64,000 nucleotides of DNA from a virus: IMG/VR virus record IMGVR_UViG_3300014613_000020, positions 34,980-98,979 of that record; one strand, 5' to 3'. Under the pieces are notes generated by a model. That model saw nothing but the letters and a program-made list of their open reading frames with translations. It searched no databases and was not told the origin of the DNA. Both the position numbers and the translations under genes were made by a program. Positions 48,921 to 58,309 of this stretch are shown piece by piece (position 1 is the stretch's first letter; the number at the start of each line of letters is the position of its first letter).

Positions 48921-49167
48921 AATGGGCACATTTAGAACAAAGGACAAGGAACGTACGCTTAAATATTTGGATACGATTAGAAATACAATAGCACAGGGTA
49001 CTATAGAAATTAGTAACTTCGATATGCTGTTAGAGTCAGATGCTGATATGGTAGGACGAAGTAACTACGTAGAACGAAAATTGACAGGGCGACATCACGT
49101 ATGGATAAATTTGGACTATGATGTTGTAGAATAGAGAGAGAGAATATTTAGATAGGAGAGTAGAATG
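48908..49167 (+). repeat. 17-bp direct repeat GATAGGAGAGTAGAATG at 48908-48924 and 49151-49167, flanking a 70-aa gene
   Basis: Exact match containing RBS and ATG. Confidence 0.9.
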
Positions 49168-49459
49168 ACCAAGATAAACTACATCGGAGGCTCAGCATTT
49201 GACGCTAAGGGTGAATGGGGTGGAGTAGGTGTAAAATGTCCTGTGTGTGATAGAGAGCTGTATCACTTACTTAAATCAACAGAGTTTAGGGATGCCTCCA
49301 CAGAGCCTGGACTGTGTTTTAGATGCCATTACAGAGGGTTTAAGCATGGTGGATTTACAGATGCAGTCAATGAGTGGATAGCAGCTGCTTTTCGAGAAGG
49401 TAGTATTGATATTCTAGAGTAAATAAAAACATGGCCGTGGTTATATTAGTGGGTGACTT

Positions 49460-50053
49460 GTGAGTAACGTGTATACAGACATTATCAAACAGATAGCACG
49501 CCTACGCACGCCAGAGGACAGGCGTGCTATGCTACTGTTGCGGCAGGAGGTGTATAACGAACGAATAGAAGAATTGACGGATGACTTGAGGGACAGCATA
49601 ATAACGTTACTGATTTGGCTGAAGGGAATGAAGAGCGAGATAAAACAGATGCACCTGATGGCCGCCGCCATTGGGAAGGGCGACTGGCAAGAGCTAACGT
49701 CAGCTGACTTCGGGTTGATCGGACGCAACCTGCGCGATCAATACGACTATTTGGATGGATTCGTAAAGGATGTTGCGGCGAATGATGGAGAACCGTGGTC
49801 TAAGAAGTTCCTCAATCGAGCATTGATGTATGGTGCTGCTGGGGGTGTAGAGTTCTTCCTTATGGATGCACTGAGGGACGAAAATGAAGAGGCGACTGAG
49901 TATCGCTGGTCTAGATCGCCTGTGGATTCATGTCAAACGTGTTTAGATAATGAAGCTATGGGATGGGTTCCTGTCGGATCGTTTGGGATGGTCCCGAGGG
50001 ACGGGCAAACAATCTGCAAAGTTCGATGTCTCTGCGATCTAATCTATAGGTAA
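49460..50053 (+). CDS. minor head / MuF-like protein
   Basis: Downstream of portal; C-terminal W...SCQTC...P.DGQTICKVRCLC. Confidence 0.65.
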   Translation: MSNVYTDIIKQIARLRTPEDRRAMLLLRQEVYNERIEELTDDLRDSIITLLIWLKGMKSEIKQMHLMAAAIGKGDWQELTSADFGLIGRNLRDQYDYLDGFVKDVAANDGEPWSKKFLNRALMYGAAGGVEFFLMDALRDENEEATEYRWSRSPVDSCQTCLDNEAMGWVPVGSFGMVPRDGQTICKVRCLCDLIYR

Positions 50054-50355
50054 TTTTATAAATGTTTAAGATGCGTCAATTAAATGAATGAAGACCACCG
50101 TCAACAGGAATTCTATTTTACTTTGGACGAGTTCACCAATGACCAAGAAGTTGGCCTTGCGGCGTCAGTCATCTTGATGGCACTGCGTGACGTTCGCCAT
50201 CCGACGAACGATGCCAGGCAATTTGCCAAGTCTCTCATGTTCCGCAATCCAAAGGAAGAGGTTGAGGAGTTCTGGACAACCGAGTGGGGGATGTTGCTGA
50301 GAGACAACTTTGGATTGGAGGACGTGGGCTTTGCAGAGTTTGTTCGAGGATGACA

Positions 50356-50410
50356 TTTACGCAATCTTTACGTTAGAATCCTTGACTTTTGGATAAGTGT
50401 GGTGTATAAT
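50356..50410 (+). promoter_or_regulatory. repeated phage promoter, class A (shorter upstream spacing)
   Basis: TTTACGcaatcTTTACG...TTGACT-17-TATAAT. Confidence 0.8.
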
Positions 50411-50735
50411 CAGAGGTGCTATATATGTTATTGGAATTGCTAAAACGTTCTACAAACTACTACGACGACTTCTTGACACGCATCAGACCATACGTATCAG
50501 ACTATGCGTGGAACGACGCCCACAAAGGCGCTAGAGGGCACGCGGGAGGCATGGCGTCGCCAAAGAGACCTGTCCCCGTGTCCACACAGGAGAGGGTTAT
50601 TCTTAAATTGTGCTCTTCGGACGGGTCGTTCTTGGAGGAGTTGGACGATGGGGACATTGTCAAGCTGCACGACGCCTGCCATAGGCCTTTTGTGCAAAAG
50701 TCATTGCTAGAACTGCTAAATAAGGACTAAACCAC

Positions 50736-51179
50736 ATGTTCAAACTATTCTCAAAGGCGGAACCATCCATGTCGGACCTGCACGTTGAACAGCCAATGGA
50801 CTGGATAGACAAGGCTCACGAAAACATCCTGAAGGAGATGCTGCGGCGAGGGATGGGCCATGTGGAGAAGGGTGGACCTGGCAGTGGGTGGCATGGACCC
50901 CCTGGTGGTACTCATGTCGGCACATCACTCAGCAAAGTTCCCCAGCACGTGTGGGAGCGCGCGAGTGAGAGAACGGGCTACAAGGCTGTAAGGAAGACCA
51001 TCAAGGCGTTGAAGTCGCAACCAGTCCTTCCCACCAGCAAGACACAGCAGTGGCACTTGTCTCTTGATAGGAGTGGCAGGCATGTTGGATGGTTAGTGGG
51101 TGACGATGCAGTGGCAAAGACAGTCCTTAGCAAAGACATGACTCCAAAAAGAGATTCTGTAGAGATATTCCTAGACTGA
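50736..51179 (+). CDS. putative head-associated protein with KGGPGSG motif and small RNase-like C-terminus
   Basis: EKGGPGSGWHGPPGG; HVWERASER...GWLVG...AKTVL. Confidence 0.55.
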   Translation: MFKLFSKAEPSMSDLHVEQPMDWIDKAHENILKEMLRRGMGHVEKGGPGSGWHGPPGGTHVGTSLSKVPQHVWERASERTGYKAVRKTIKALKSQPVLPTSKTQQWHLSLDRSGRHVGWLVGDDAVAKTVLSKDMTPKRDSVEIFLD

Positions 51180-51181
51180 TA

Positions 51182-51246
51182 TTTACGTAGAATTTACGAC
51201 CAATCTTCTTAAACTCCTTTACTTTTGTGCAAAAGTAGTGTATAAT
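51182..51246 (+). promoter_or_regulatory. repeated phage promoter, class A, with TTTTGTGCAAAA in the spacer
   Basis: TTTACGtagaaTTTACG...TTTACT-17-TATAAT. Confidence 0.8.
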
Positions 51247-51279
51247 CCTAAGTGTAAGAGTTGATTCAAGGAGATTAGA

Positions 51280-51639
51280 ATGAAGGCAGTCTGGTCAATA
51301 AGTAGAAAGTCGCCGAGGGAACTGTCAGAGTGGCGTACGTCAAAGGCCACAGAGTTAGAAGAGAAGACAGGTGTGCCATGGTCAAACTGGGAAGCACACG
51401 GCAAGATAGTCTTCATGCCTTACCTGCACAAGGACGTGGTGGCTGATGCAGGGAATGCTGATTCCTTGCTTGAGGCGCTCGGCAAGGATTACAAGAACTT
51501 CCTCGTGTTGTCAGAGGAGTCCGGATTGAAGCTCACTGAGGTGATGGTGGCGGCATCGTATCTCATTAAAAGTGGTTTAGTAATTCCGACAGTTTGTCGG
51601 ATGGGTAAAGTAATAGCCATCAAGAGAATACAGAGGTAA
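51280..51639 (+). CDS. hypothetical protein
   Basis: AGGAG RBS after a class A promoter. Confidence 0.6.
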   Translation: MKAVWSISRKSPRELSEWRTSKATELEEKTGVPWSNWEAHGKIVFMPYLHKDVVADAGNADSLLEALGKDYKNFLVLSEESGLKLTEVMVAASYLIKSGLVIPTVCRMGKVIAIKRIQR

Positions 51640-51641
51640 AA

Positions 51642-52556
51642 TTGGAAACAAAAGAACTACAGGTAGAAGAGTCATTCAACTCCATTCTGTCATCCATGAC
51701 TGATGAGCACAAGGCAAGATTCACAGAGTTGAATGAGGTGGACATGTCAGACCTCGAGGCATCGGAAGAGTCGCTGTCCTTGCTGCTAGAATCCATGCTA
51801 GAACTGAGTGACGAGGCATTGGAAGAATTTGAGGATGAATTAGAAATCGAAGAGGAAGAAATCAGTAAACCATTCACCGCGTCCACTGTGCCTGAAGGTG
51901 TAAAAGGATTGCCTAAACACGCCAGGGAGATATGGGCATCTGCATTCAACGCAAGCATGGACAAGGGGGAGGAGTCTGCTAGTAGAATAGCGTGGTCTGC
52001 CGTCAAGAACAAGTACGCCAAGGGTGACGATGGCAAGTGGCATTTGAAGAAGTCGGAGGATGGTGAGCACCAAGTCTCCATCGTAAAATACGACGACGAC
52101 GGTGAGTTTCAGGGCCTTTTGTATGGGGTCGTACTAAGTCCATATGACGAAGTACCAACAGAGGATGACGTAGATTCTCAGGCTGATGTTGTTTCAAAAC
52201 TTGAAGTTGAGATTGCAGCTCATGGATTTATGGAACGTGGACACCGATTGGACCTCCAGCATGGACGTCTTGTGGAAGACTCTGAGGCCTGTGTGGTGGA
52301 AAGTTATCTCAGTCCTGTCACCTATGAAACTGAATACAATGGGGAAAAGCACATTGTCAAACAAGGGGACTGGGTGATGGTGACACAGTTAAAGAGTGAA
52401 GAACTGAGAGAGTTAGCTAAAAGTGGTGATATAAATTTCTACAGTATTAAGGGATCAGGGTATCGGGAGGAAGTGACATTAGGAAAACAAGATGATGGAT
52501 TGATTGATTTGCTGAATAGAAAGCCAAGACCATTGGGATTGTTCAAGAATAGTTGA
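51642..52556 (+). CDS. ChaB domain plus XkdF-like prohead serine protease
   Basis: LPKHAREIWASAFN..IAWSAVKNKY..GKW; YGVVLSP, DSQAD, AAHGFM, DLQH, VVESY, FYSIKG. Confidence 0.85.
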   Translation: METKELQVEESFNSILSSMTDEHKARFTELNEVDMSDLEASEESLSLLLESMLELSDEALEEFEDELEIEEEEISKPFTASTVPEGVKGLPKHAREIWASAFNASMDKGEESASRIAWSAVKNKYAKGDDGKWHLKKSEDGEHQVSIVKYDDDGEFQGLLYGVVLSPYDEVPTEDDVDSQADVVSKLEVEIAAHGFMERGHRLDLQHGRLVEDSEACVVESYLSPVTYETEYNGEKHIVKQGDWVMVTQLKSEELRELAKSGDINFYSIKGSGYREEVTLGKQDDGLIDLLNRKPRPLGLFKNS

Positions 52557-52959
52557 CTTTTGCGCAAAAGTAATGTTGATGAGTTCGACATGTCACTAGA
52601 AAGGGTCGATAGAATGCCAAAGATTATACACTTTGATGAGTTTAGAATGCAGCGTGGTGTACCCAAAATCCCATTTGGTGAGGACCTTCACAGACTGCCT
52701 GGCCACACACGGGCAACGAAACGACGTGTCGACAGAGAAATGCTAAGACGATGTGAGGAGCACCGAATTCAAGTAGAAGAGCTTCACGCAGAGTATGATA
52801 GATTGATAGCCATTGGAGAGATTAAATCACCTACCCACAAAGAGAGAATACAGCACAATGCTGGAGGACTGCCTGAGAATGAATCAACTAAAGCTGCAAA
52901 GCGTGTTTTAGAAAGACGAAAATCGACTGTTGGAGAGTGATTAGAAAGGAATTACATCA

Positions 52960-53367
52960 ATGACTTTTTATCTTGACTTGAAGTACTCCCATCAGATTGA
53001 GCATGCCATAGCAGGTGCTGTCAAATCCTGTATAGATAATCACGGACCTATAGATGTGAATCTTGTTGGTTCTGCTACTAAACGTGTGTATGGTGCTATT
53101 AGGTCTTTGGCACGAAGTCTTAGGAATCGAGTGGAAAATCCTGGGTCTGATACAGACCTTGAATGGTTTGGAGCGAATCTATTAGACTTACGTAGTAAGT
53201 ATGGTGACGAGTGGGTGGCTATCGACAGTCAAAGAGTGATAGCACATGCTACGACTATGTTAGAATTAGAAACTATTTTGGATGAAAGAACATCACCGCT
53301 AGTAGTATTCATATCTGCTGTAGAACCTGAATGGTTGCTTAATAGGACTTATCCACACGTCTTTTGA
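52960..53367 (+). CDS. hypothetical protein (C-terminal DUF5678-like KYGDEWVAI)
   Basis: Motif resemblance only. Confidence 0.5.
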   Translation: MTFYLDLKYSHQIEHAIAGAVKSCIDNHGPIDVNLVGSATKRVYGAIRSLARSLRNRVENPGSDTDLEWFGANLLDLRSKYGDEWVAIDSQRVIAHATTMLELETILDERTSPLVVFISAVEPEWLLNRTYPHVF

Positions 53368-53378
53368 AAGGAACTCGA

Positions 53379-54740
53379 ATGAATGAGAAGAGGAAAGTAC
53401 TACTCATACAGCCCAACCACTATCAGAGTTTTGAAAGCAAGTGGATTCCAACAAATTTGGTATACCTAGCGTCGACTCTGATATGGAGGGGATATGAGCC
53501 GATTTTGATAGATGACAGGTTTGATCGAAGTGAAACATTGTCCAGGATAGATTCCAATATTGATGACACGCTGCTAGTCGGAATATCCACAGTCACTGGG
53601 TCTCAATTGCGAAATGCGGTGGCTTTAGCAAAGCATATCAAACTGTGGTACAGCCTTGAAATTCCTATCGTATTTGGTGGGGCATTCCCATCGGCTAAAC
53701 CTGAATTGTGTACACAGTATTGTGATTATGTCATCCAAGGACAGGGAGAATATTCGCTTACTTATCTTTGTGACTTGATACGATTAGGGACACCACCTAA
53801 GACGCCAATTCTATCCCCAAAGCCGGTCAACATCTCTAATCTCCAACCACTGCCATATTTTAATGGGTTTATCAATGTGGCGGACTATCTGAATCCTGAG
53901 ACACTTGCCATCAACTATGCCACTGCAACAGGTTGTGTTGGAAGTTGCGGATTCTGCTATTGGCATGATTCATACAAGTACTCACGACTGCCTGTGGACA
54001 CAGTCCTGTTCGACCTTGGAATGATGAAAGCCATCTATGGCATTAGGAACATCAACTTTGACGATGGCACGTTCTTTGTCGGACGTGATAGAGTGATGGC
54101 GATAGCGGACGGCCTTAGCAAGCTGGACGTGCAATGGCGTGCTAATGCCAGAATAGACGCACTGAAGTCTTTTGCACAAAAGGACTGGAACAAGATAAGC
54201 GAGTCCGGATGCCATTTGATGCACATAGGCCTTGAACACGGGTCAAAGCGGATACTGGACATGATGAACAAGCGGATAGTCGCTGAAGATTGTTTTGACA
54301 TCATCGACAGAGCACGTCTAAGCGGTATCCAACTAAGGTTCCATATCCTATTAGGCAATCCGACAGAGACCGTCGCAGACCTGGAGAGAACCGGGCAGCT
54401 GTTAGCGCGGATGCTTGACAAGGATTCTGGGTTAGACTATACTGTAAACTTTTTTACTCCTTATCCTGGATGTACCATGACAGAGATAGCCAAGCAGCAC
54501 GGATACAAAGAACCTACGACGTTGGAAGGATTCATGGACTTGGAATTGGTCAATTATGTAAACCTGCCAACAAATGACAGGGAGATCATCAAAGAGACAT
54601 CTCCTTGGCGGGCCGATTACATAGTCCCTTGGTTCACAGACGAAGAGAACGAACGGTACATGGAAGTGTTCAGGCAAATAATACCTGAAGTCATAGACAT
54701 GCAAACCACGGATGGCAACATAGAGACTGTGTATTCCTGA
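53379..54740 (+). CDS. cobalamin-binding radical SAM enzyme
   Basis: N-terminal B12 domain (LVGIS, VFGGAFPS, GQGE), CVGSCGFC, FDDGTF, IGLEHGS, LGNPTET, TPYPG. Confidence 0.92.
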   Translation: MNEKRKVLLIQPNHYQSFESKWIPTNLVYLASTLIWRGYEPILIDDRFDRSETLSRIDSNIDDTLLVGISTVTGSQLRNAVALAKHIKLWYSLEIPIVFGGAFPSAKPELCTQYCDYVIQGQGEYSLTYLCDLIRLGTPPKTPILSPKPVNISNLQPLPYFNGFINVADYLNPETLAINYATATGCVGSCGFCYWHDSYKYSRLPVDTVLFDLGMMKAIYGIRNINFDDGTFFVGRDRVMAIADGLSKLDVQWRANARIDALKSFAQKDWNKISESGCHLMHIGLEHGSKRILDMMNKRIVAEDCFDIIDRARLSGIQLRFHILLGNPTETVADLERTGQLLARMLDKDSGLDYTVNFFTPYPGCTMTEIAKQHGYKEPTTLEGFMDLELVNYVNLPTNDREIIKETSPWRADYIVPWFTDEENERYMEVFRQIIPEVIDMQTTDGNIETVYS

Positions 54741-54742
54741 CA

Positions 54743-54806
54743 TTTACGTAGAATTTACGAACAGTTTTCTAAAATGCTTGACTTTTGCATAAAAGCAGTG
54801 TATAAT
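54743..54806 (+). promoter_or_regulatory. repeated phage promoter, class A
   Basis: TTTACGtagaaTTTACG...TTGACT-17-TATAAT. Confidence 0.85.
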
Positions 54807-55374
54807 TGTAGGTAGAGTTAATTACACGAAAGGAGAGAAAGATGGCAGTAGTCTACGGACTACGCACATGCCAATATTGCAAAGGGATTTGCCATGAGTC
54901 TTCTTGGCGTGATTCCTATCGGAAACGACATCAATACTGGTGTTGCAAGGAACATCTCATCCATCAAATAGAGTGGTTCCATGAGTGGCTTTTTGAACCT
55001 GTGCGGGTTGTCACACCGTAAACCACTAATGAAGGAAAGAGAGGGAAAGATGCTTGAGGAACTTTATAGGGCAATTGAAACAGATCCTGTTTCTTTTGTG
55101 ATTGGTGTGGCGATGAACGTGCTCATCTATTACATTGGCTATTTCTTTGGGAGAAGGGGCCGGGCCGATAAATGAAAGACTGTAAAGCATGTAATGGTAC
55201 AGGAATAGATAGTGACTTTGATCAGATGTGCGGCCAATGTGGTGGCACCGGATTAAAATCCCAGTCAGCATCAGAATGGTTTGATTATCCAGAATCTGAA
55301 CCTATAGACGCTCAGATATTGGATTTTGAGGAGTGGAGAGAATTGTATGGATGTGCAAGATAAAAGGAGAATGA

Positions 55375-55869
55375 ATGATGAGATACTGTAAGACATGTAA
55401 ATGGTGGAAAGAACGCTATTGTAAGTCGGAAGATCGAAGGAAAGCAGTTTTAATAAGTGATTGTCCTCCGACATTTGGTTGCATCTTCCACGAAGAAAAA
55501 CCAGTAGAACCAACATGTGGAAGTTGCAAATCATGGAGTCATGAAAGTGCTAATTGGGTACATGACACACGAGAATGTAAGGGGTACAATGAAGGAAGAA
55601 CATACACAACATCTACTAGAGAAGGATGCCAGCACCATAGTCCAGTAAAAGAACAAGAAGATGATGGATGGATTAGTGTAGAAGATAGACTGCCACTGAC
55701 ACAAGAGATAAAGTGGGTGGTTTTTGAGAAGTCTACACACAAAATTCCGTATTTAGCATGGTATAAAAAGACTGGATGGATGTGGCCAAATACGAAAGAC
55801 AGTATGTGTGACAAAATAACTCACTGGCGATCATTGGATATGCCAGAACCACCAAAGGACTGTAGATGA
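55375..55869 (+). CDS. Cys-rich protein with C-terminal DUF551-like domain
   Basis: WISVEDRLP...ITHW..PEPP. Confidence 0.7.
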   Translation: MMRYCKTCKWWKERYCKSEDRRKAVLISDCPPTFGCIFHEEKPVEPTCGSCKSWSHESANWVHDTRECKGYNEGRTYTTSTREGCQHHSPVKEQEDDGWISVEDRLPLTQEIKWVVFEKSTHKIPYLAWYKKTGWMWPNTKDSMCDKITHWRSLDMPEPPKDCR

Positions 55870-56978
55870 ATAACATTCTCATGATTGTGGTTGACTGCCT
55901 GCGCTACGATCACTACCTGTTTTTGGAGCGTACACTGTCCATTTTGCCCAACAAAGTCACATTCCACAACGCGTGGAACGTAGCTCCTATGTCGGATCCC
56001 AATTTTGCGTCCATCCTGACGGGGACGCATCCTGACACACATGGGGTGCTGACCCAGTGCATGGATACCATGCTGCCGACATTGCCTGTTATTCTGCAAA
56101 AGGCGGGGTGGGAAACGTTTGGGTCGAGTGTTGGTTATTCAGGGGCGATTAAGACAAACAATGGATTGGCATCGTTCTACACCCGTGGGTTTGGCAGGTG
56201 GGATTGGTTGGATTTCCATGGAGTGTTCCCTGGTGATAGAATATGGAATGCCAACTTACAGGATATGAAGGAACCGTGGTTCACCATGTTGAGGCCGATG
56301 GATTTACATGGGCACTTCCGGCCTAACGGCTACATGAAGGCTTTAGAGCTACTAGATGTGGAATTGCACAAACTACTAAAACGCACATTTGATCGCTTTC
56401 CTGACACTGTAGTAATTCTAATGGCTGACCATGGACAGGGGTTGGGTGAGCGTGGAATTAGCGGTCATAGAGAGAGCCTTTACCAATTTTTGACCCATGT
56501 GCCTGTGATATGGTCTGGCCCTAATTTTATCAGGTCCAACCACCACGGGTTCTTTCAACACACAGACATTTCTAATACTCTGGCAGTAATGACAAACAAT
56601 GACTTTGGGCCTTTGGATGGGCTAGATTGGACACCCACTTTGATTGGTGGTGGCCCACAGGAATATCGTGATCATGTCATAATGTTCTCATTTGGTTCTG
56701 AGAGCCGCACTGAGTTCAACCTATCAGAACTATGGGCCTATCGAGCCATTAGAAACAGTGTATGGGTATGTTACTGTAAAAAGAGATATGACGAGTGGGA
56801 GACGGAGTTGTATAGCGTAGTAGACGACCCCTATGAAGAACATGAAGTGTCTAAGTGCTCTCCAAGAACTACTAGATTACTTGTAAAAGATATGGAGTGG
56901 CCTAAATTAGACGCATTGCAAGAATATGATGAGAAGGTGGTATTGGAACGTCTGAGAGCCATTGGATATGCTGATTGA
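55866..56978 (+). CDS. sulfatase / alkaline-phosphatase superfamily protein
   Basis: NILMIVVDCLRYD, SDPNFASILTG.HP..HG, MADHG, HVPVI, ERLRAIGY. Confidence 0.88.
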   Translation: MNNILMIVVDCLRYDHYLFLERTLSILPNKVTFHNAWNVAPMSDPNFASILTGTHPDTHGVLTQCMDTMLPTLPVILQKAGWETFGSSVGYSGAIKTNNGLASFYTRGFGRWDWLDFHGVFPGDRIWNANLQDMKEPWFTMLRPMDLHGHFRPNGYMKALELLDVELHKLLKRTFDRFPDTVVILMADHGQGLGERGISGHRESLYQFLTHVPVIWSGPNFIRSNHHGFFQHTDISNTLAVMTNNDFGPLDGLDWTPTLIGGGPQEYRDHVIMFSFGSESRTEFNLSELWAYRAIRNSVWVCYCKKRYDEWETELYSVVDDPYEEHEVSKCSPRTTRLLVKDMEWPKLDALQEYDEKVVLERLRAIGYAD

Positions 56979-56984
56979 CACGAT

Positions 56985-57071
56985 TTGACAAAACGTGGAA
57001 TATGTGCTATAATTAAGGATGGCAAGCCTAGAAGACTACTATTTGACAGAATCAACATTTTAGTGTATAAT
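56985..57071 (+). promoter_or_regulatory. two tandem consensus promoters upstream of the head operon (the second is class B)
   Basis: TTGACA-17-TATAAT at 56985-57013 and at 57043-57071. Confidence 0.85.
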
Positions 57072-57119
57072 GTAGGTAGGTTATTTTTCTCATAACTTAA
57101 TAGCCGATTTTGGGTAACT

Positions 57120-57154
57120 GGGCAGACCTTGGAACATCAAGGTCTGCCTTTTTT
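57120..57154 (+). terminator. intrinsic terminator-like hairpin in the head-operon leader
   Basis: GGCAGACCTT-loop-AAGGTCTGCC followed by a T-run. Confidence 0.7.
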
Positions 57155-57176
57155 GTTTTGCACAAAAGGAGGTGGT

Positions 57177-57893
57177 ATGGTAACAGAGTTAACTGATTTA
57201 GAAATTGATTCCGTTGGGCTAGTTCGTAAGGGGGCGAATAAACGCCCGTTCTTTTTAATGAAAGGTGATAACATGGATCTAAATCAAGAGGACGTGTTGG
57301 ATACTCTTGAGGAACTTTCCACTCTACCAGAAGACGGCCTTGATCGTAACGCGTGGAATCGCGCTATGGACGTGATCAAGGGAATTGTCAACAACATGGT
57401 TACACCTCCGGCAGTCAAGGAGGAAGAGGTTGAAGAGCAGGATGATATGGCAGACATCAAGGAGTTGAGGTCTGAGTTGGCATCCGTTGCAAAGGCAGCC
57501 ACCAACCAAGTAGAGGCAGTGGAGAAGGCATATCAGACGGAATTGGCAAAGCGGGACAATCGCATTGAGGAGCTTGAAAAAGCCGCTGAGATGGTTGAAA
57601 TCAATCCCATTGCCAAGTCTGCTAATTTGGATGCTGATATGCTGTACGGACTCAAGAAATCTAACAGGGATGCGTTTGACGCACTAACCGGAGCACTGGA
57701 CGCAAAGGACAAGCAGTTAGAAGAAGCGGGTCTCTGGAAGGAAGTTGGAAGTGCTTTGGAAACCGGCACAACTGACTATGTCAAGAAAACCTTGGCTAAA
57801 GCAGAGGCCACGGGCAAAAATCTGGACGAGGTCATTGCTGAAAGTCCGGACGAGTACGCCCGCTATCGTAGAGAAATAATGGGGAGGTCCTAA
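57177..57893 (+). CDS. capsid scaffolding protein (putative)
   Basis: LTDLEIDSVGLVRKGAN..FFLMK N-terminus, coiled coil, position before the decoration and capsid genes. Confidence 0.7.
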   Translation: MVTELTDLEIDSVGLVRKGANKRPFFLMKGDNMDLNQEDVLDTLEELSTLPEDGLDRNAWNRAMDVIKGIVNNMVTPPAVKEEEVEEQDDMADIKELRSELASVAKAATNQVEAVEKAYQTELAKRDNRIEELEKAAEMVEINPIAKSANLDADMLYGLKKSNRDAFDALTGALDAKDKQLEEAGLWKEVGSALETGTTDYVKKTLAKAEATGKNLDEVIAESPDEYARYRREIMGRS

Positions 57894-58309
57894 TGGGTGG
57901 AGCATTCGAACGGCACACTGACTATTTCCCGAATGTGACAGCCGCGGCTGACTATTCAGCCAAGCAATTCTATGTCGTGTACATGAGTTCCGACACTGCT
58001 GTTACACTGTGCGACGCCACACCCGCTCTTACCCCCATTGGCGTTCTGAACAACGAGCCGGCGTCCGGTGAGACGGCACAGGTCGTGTACGTGCCTGGGG
58101 ATATCACAAAGGCTCTGTGTTCAGTTAGTACATGCACCATCTCGCGCTGGAACCCACTGTGGGTTGACTCTAGCGCGCGCGTAATCAGACAGGTCACAAC
58201 GGGCTGCCCTTACTTTGCGCGCTCATTGGTGACTACAACGGCTTCTGGCGTGATTCCGGTTATGATAACGGGTCCGATGATTATGACAACTGGGAGCCAC
58301 AACGTCTAA
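57893..58309 (+). CDS. head decoration / cement protein (DUF2190-like)
   Basis: AAADYSAKQFY..PIGVLNNEPASGETAQV. Confidence 0.75.
   Translation: MGGAFERHTDYFPNVTAAADYSAKQFYVVYMSSDTAVTLCDATPALTPIGVLNNEPASGETAQVVYVPGDITKALCSVSTCTISRWNPLWVDSSARVIRQVTTGCPYFARSLVTTTASGVIPVMITGPMIMTTGSHNV

Noticed and set aside
44655-54806. CRISPR array or DGR suggested by the repeats
   Set aside because: The repeats are dispersed promoters with no regular spacers; no cas or reverse transcriptase gene, and no adenine-specific mismatch pattern in the 123-bp duplication.
55172-55402. Possible further gene-start duplication (MKDCKACNG versus MRYCKTCKW)
   Set aside because: The similarity is short and explainable by shared CxxC codons.
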